Shown one piece after another: positions 61,998 through 64,000 of a DNA stretch of 64,000 bases. The stretch is from assembly GCF_003704095.1 (NCBI RefSeq), contig NW_020847750.1, positions 1-64,000 of the forward strand, read 5' to 3'. This DNA comes from Pocillopora damicornis. Its lineage: Eukaryota. Position 1 is the first letter of the stretch. Each line of letters begins with the position of its first letter. The position numbers and the translations under genes were made by a program. The notes below the pieces were generated by a model. That model was given only the letters and a program-made list of their open reading frames with translations, was not told the DNA's origin and searched no databases.

Positions 61998-63027
61998 CTA
62001 GCCTAATTAACAATGAAGCGATTATAAAGTGAACTGAAAGCGAAAAATAAATCGATTTACGTATCAAAGGAAAAAGGGAAATATCTTAAATGTGAAATAA
62101 AGAAAAACTTACTTTGGTCTAGCTCCTAATGATTGTAGATAAATCGCCGATAGTGGATCGTACGTGAATAGCAGACAAAGTTGGTGATGTCGACAGCAAC
62201 TTATAGCGATGAAATATGAAATGTAATATCTGGTACATGTGCTTAAATGAAACTGATTGAAATAAAAAACTTATTAAGTAATAATCATTAACCAACGAAG
62301 AAATAATAGACCGGAACAAACATAACAGAAAAGTACATAAGTTACGCGTTTCGAAACTAACAAAATCGACTCTTTAAAATGCATCAATGAGGCGAGTTTA
62401 TCAAGGGCGAGGCTTGAGGAGGAGGGTCCTNNNNNNNNNNNNNNNNNNNNNNNNNNNNNNNNNNNNNNNNNNNNNNNNNNNNNNNNNNNNNNNNNNNNNN
62501 NNNNNNNNNNNNNNNNNNNNNNNNNNNNNNNNNNNNNNNNNNNNNNNNNNNNNNNNNNNNNNNNNNNNNNNNNNNNNNNNNNNNNNNNNNNNNNNNNNNN
62601 NNNNNNNNNNNNNNNNNNNNNNNNNNNNNNNNNNNNNNNNNNNNNNNNNNNNNNNNNNNNNNNNNNNNNNNNNNNNNNNNNNNNNNNNNNNNNNNNNNNN
62701 NNNNNNNNNNNNNNNNNNNNNNNNNNNNNNNNNNNNNNNNNNNNNNNNNNNNNNNNNNNNNNNNNNNNNNNNNNNNNNNNNNNNNNNNNNNNNNNNNNNN
62801 NNNNNNNNNNNNNNNNNNNNNNNNNNNNNNNNNNNNNGACAGACGCATAAGTGACGTTCACATTAACGACATTTTGACTTTTTTTATCATATAATTAACA
62901 AATAGATTCTGTGTTGCCGTGGGATTGTTCAGTAACAGATCACAGATCACGTCAAATGTGATAAGAGCATCAGTGACATACCCCCCCTGTCCATCGATTT
63001 AGATTTAATGCCAGTAATGTTCATGCG

Positions 63028-63028
<1 letters not shown>

Positions 63029-63081
<53 letters not shown>
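63029..63081. repeat. Poly-T tract (53 nt)
   Basis: Directly visible. Confidence 0.9.
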
Positions 63082-63085
<4 letters not shown>

Positions 63086-63339
63086 ACATCACTGACACTC
63101 TCGCCTGCCCATCGTTTACTACTTTTCTGTTCTTGCCATATGTTGACGTCATGTGTGATTCTTCACTGAACAGAAGTACAGCAACATAGAATCTTTTTGT
63201 TTAGTAACATCATCACAAGCTGAGTGAAAGTGAACTCGTGGTTAATAAATATAGCTGAGAGCAGTTAGTACTTGCATAGGACTATCTGCAGGTAATAAGT
63301 ACAGGGGCGAACCACAAAAAAGAAGTAATATCTATTCAA

Positions 63340-64000
63340 AGTCTGCTTAGTTACTTTCGAATTACTCGAATTTTACTGCTACTACTATTAACCTCAATTT
63401 GATTTACACTTCATCACATCACCCCAGAGGACCATGAGTTCCCCCAAGTCACCCACGTTTGTCGACTTAGCTTTTCATTTATAACTCAATGATCAACAAG
63501 ATTTCGTGCGCCCAGACGCTTAAGTGTTTGTTAATCCACGCTTTGATGTTTTTAAACGCATAACTGCACAACCATCCCAAAATCTTTTGCNNNNNNNNNN
63601 NNNNNNNNNNNNNNNNNNNNNNNNNNNNNNNNNNNNNNNNNNNNNNNNNNNNNNNNNNNNNNNNNNNNNNNNNNNNNNNNNNNNNNNNNNCTCTTTGTTT
63701 AGTAACATAATCACATGCTGAGTGAAAGTGAACTCGTGGTTAATAAATCTAGCCGAAAGCAGTTAGTACTTTTACAGGACTATCTGCGGGTAATAAGTAC
63801 AGCGGCTTACTGTCTGCTTAATTACTTTCGAATTTTACTGCACCTTGCCCTCGTGGGCACGTAACTTTAGCCAATGGCTATCTATATATACCAAGCAAAA
63901 GCTAACAAATTCTCCCACAGAGTACACTACTACATCTAGTGGGTCCTCTATGCAACACGAATGTTTAATTAAAGTTACAGTAATGTCACTCTATCAGTCA
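63340..64000 (+). repeat. Further diverged copies of oxidase spacer and 3' flank segments
   Basis: 63425-63590 resembles 53345-53515; 63811-64000 resembles 54040-54155. Confidence 0.75.

Overview
Eukaryotic, AT-rich, intron-containing genomic DNA from a gapped draft assembly. The gene families and repeats suggest a stony coral, possibly a pocilloporid (inference). I built spliced models by hand and checked GT/AG boundaries and codon phase. In order, the window holds: an intronless BTB-BACK-PHR gene; a signal peptide-ApeC(apextrin)-Sushi-Ser/Thr stalk gene that is probably a membrane receptor; an orphan class A GPCR; COX11; MED7 head-to-head with DTD2; a B-box/coiled-coil/filamin exon spliced in frame to a ZU5-like exon, followed across gaps by a start-less GT4 glycosyltransferase exon; LYRM1; PITPNC1 (8-nt microexon, duplicated acceptor); a second GPCR; a Helitron fragment abutting a polyamine oxidase pseudogene; and a tandem array of plant-like secreted polyamine oxidases. 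One oxidase copy has a GPI-type tail and one has lost it by frameshift. The best novel-system candidates are the RING-less TRIM-ZU5-(gap)-GT4 chimera and the surface/soluble polyamine oxidase array. Gaps of 100 N and probably misplaced or flipped contigs limit certainty in both regions.
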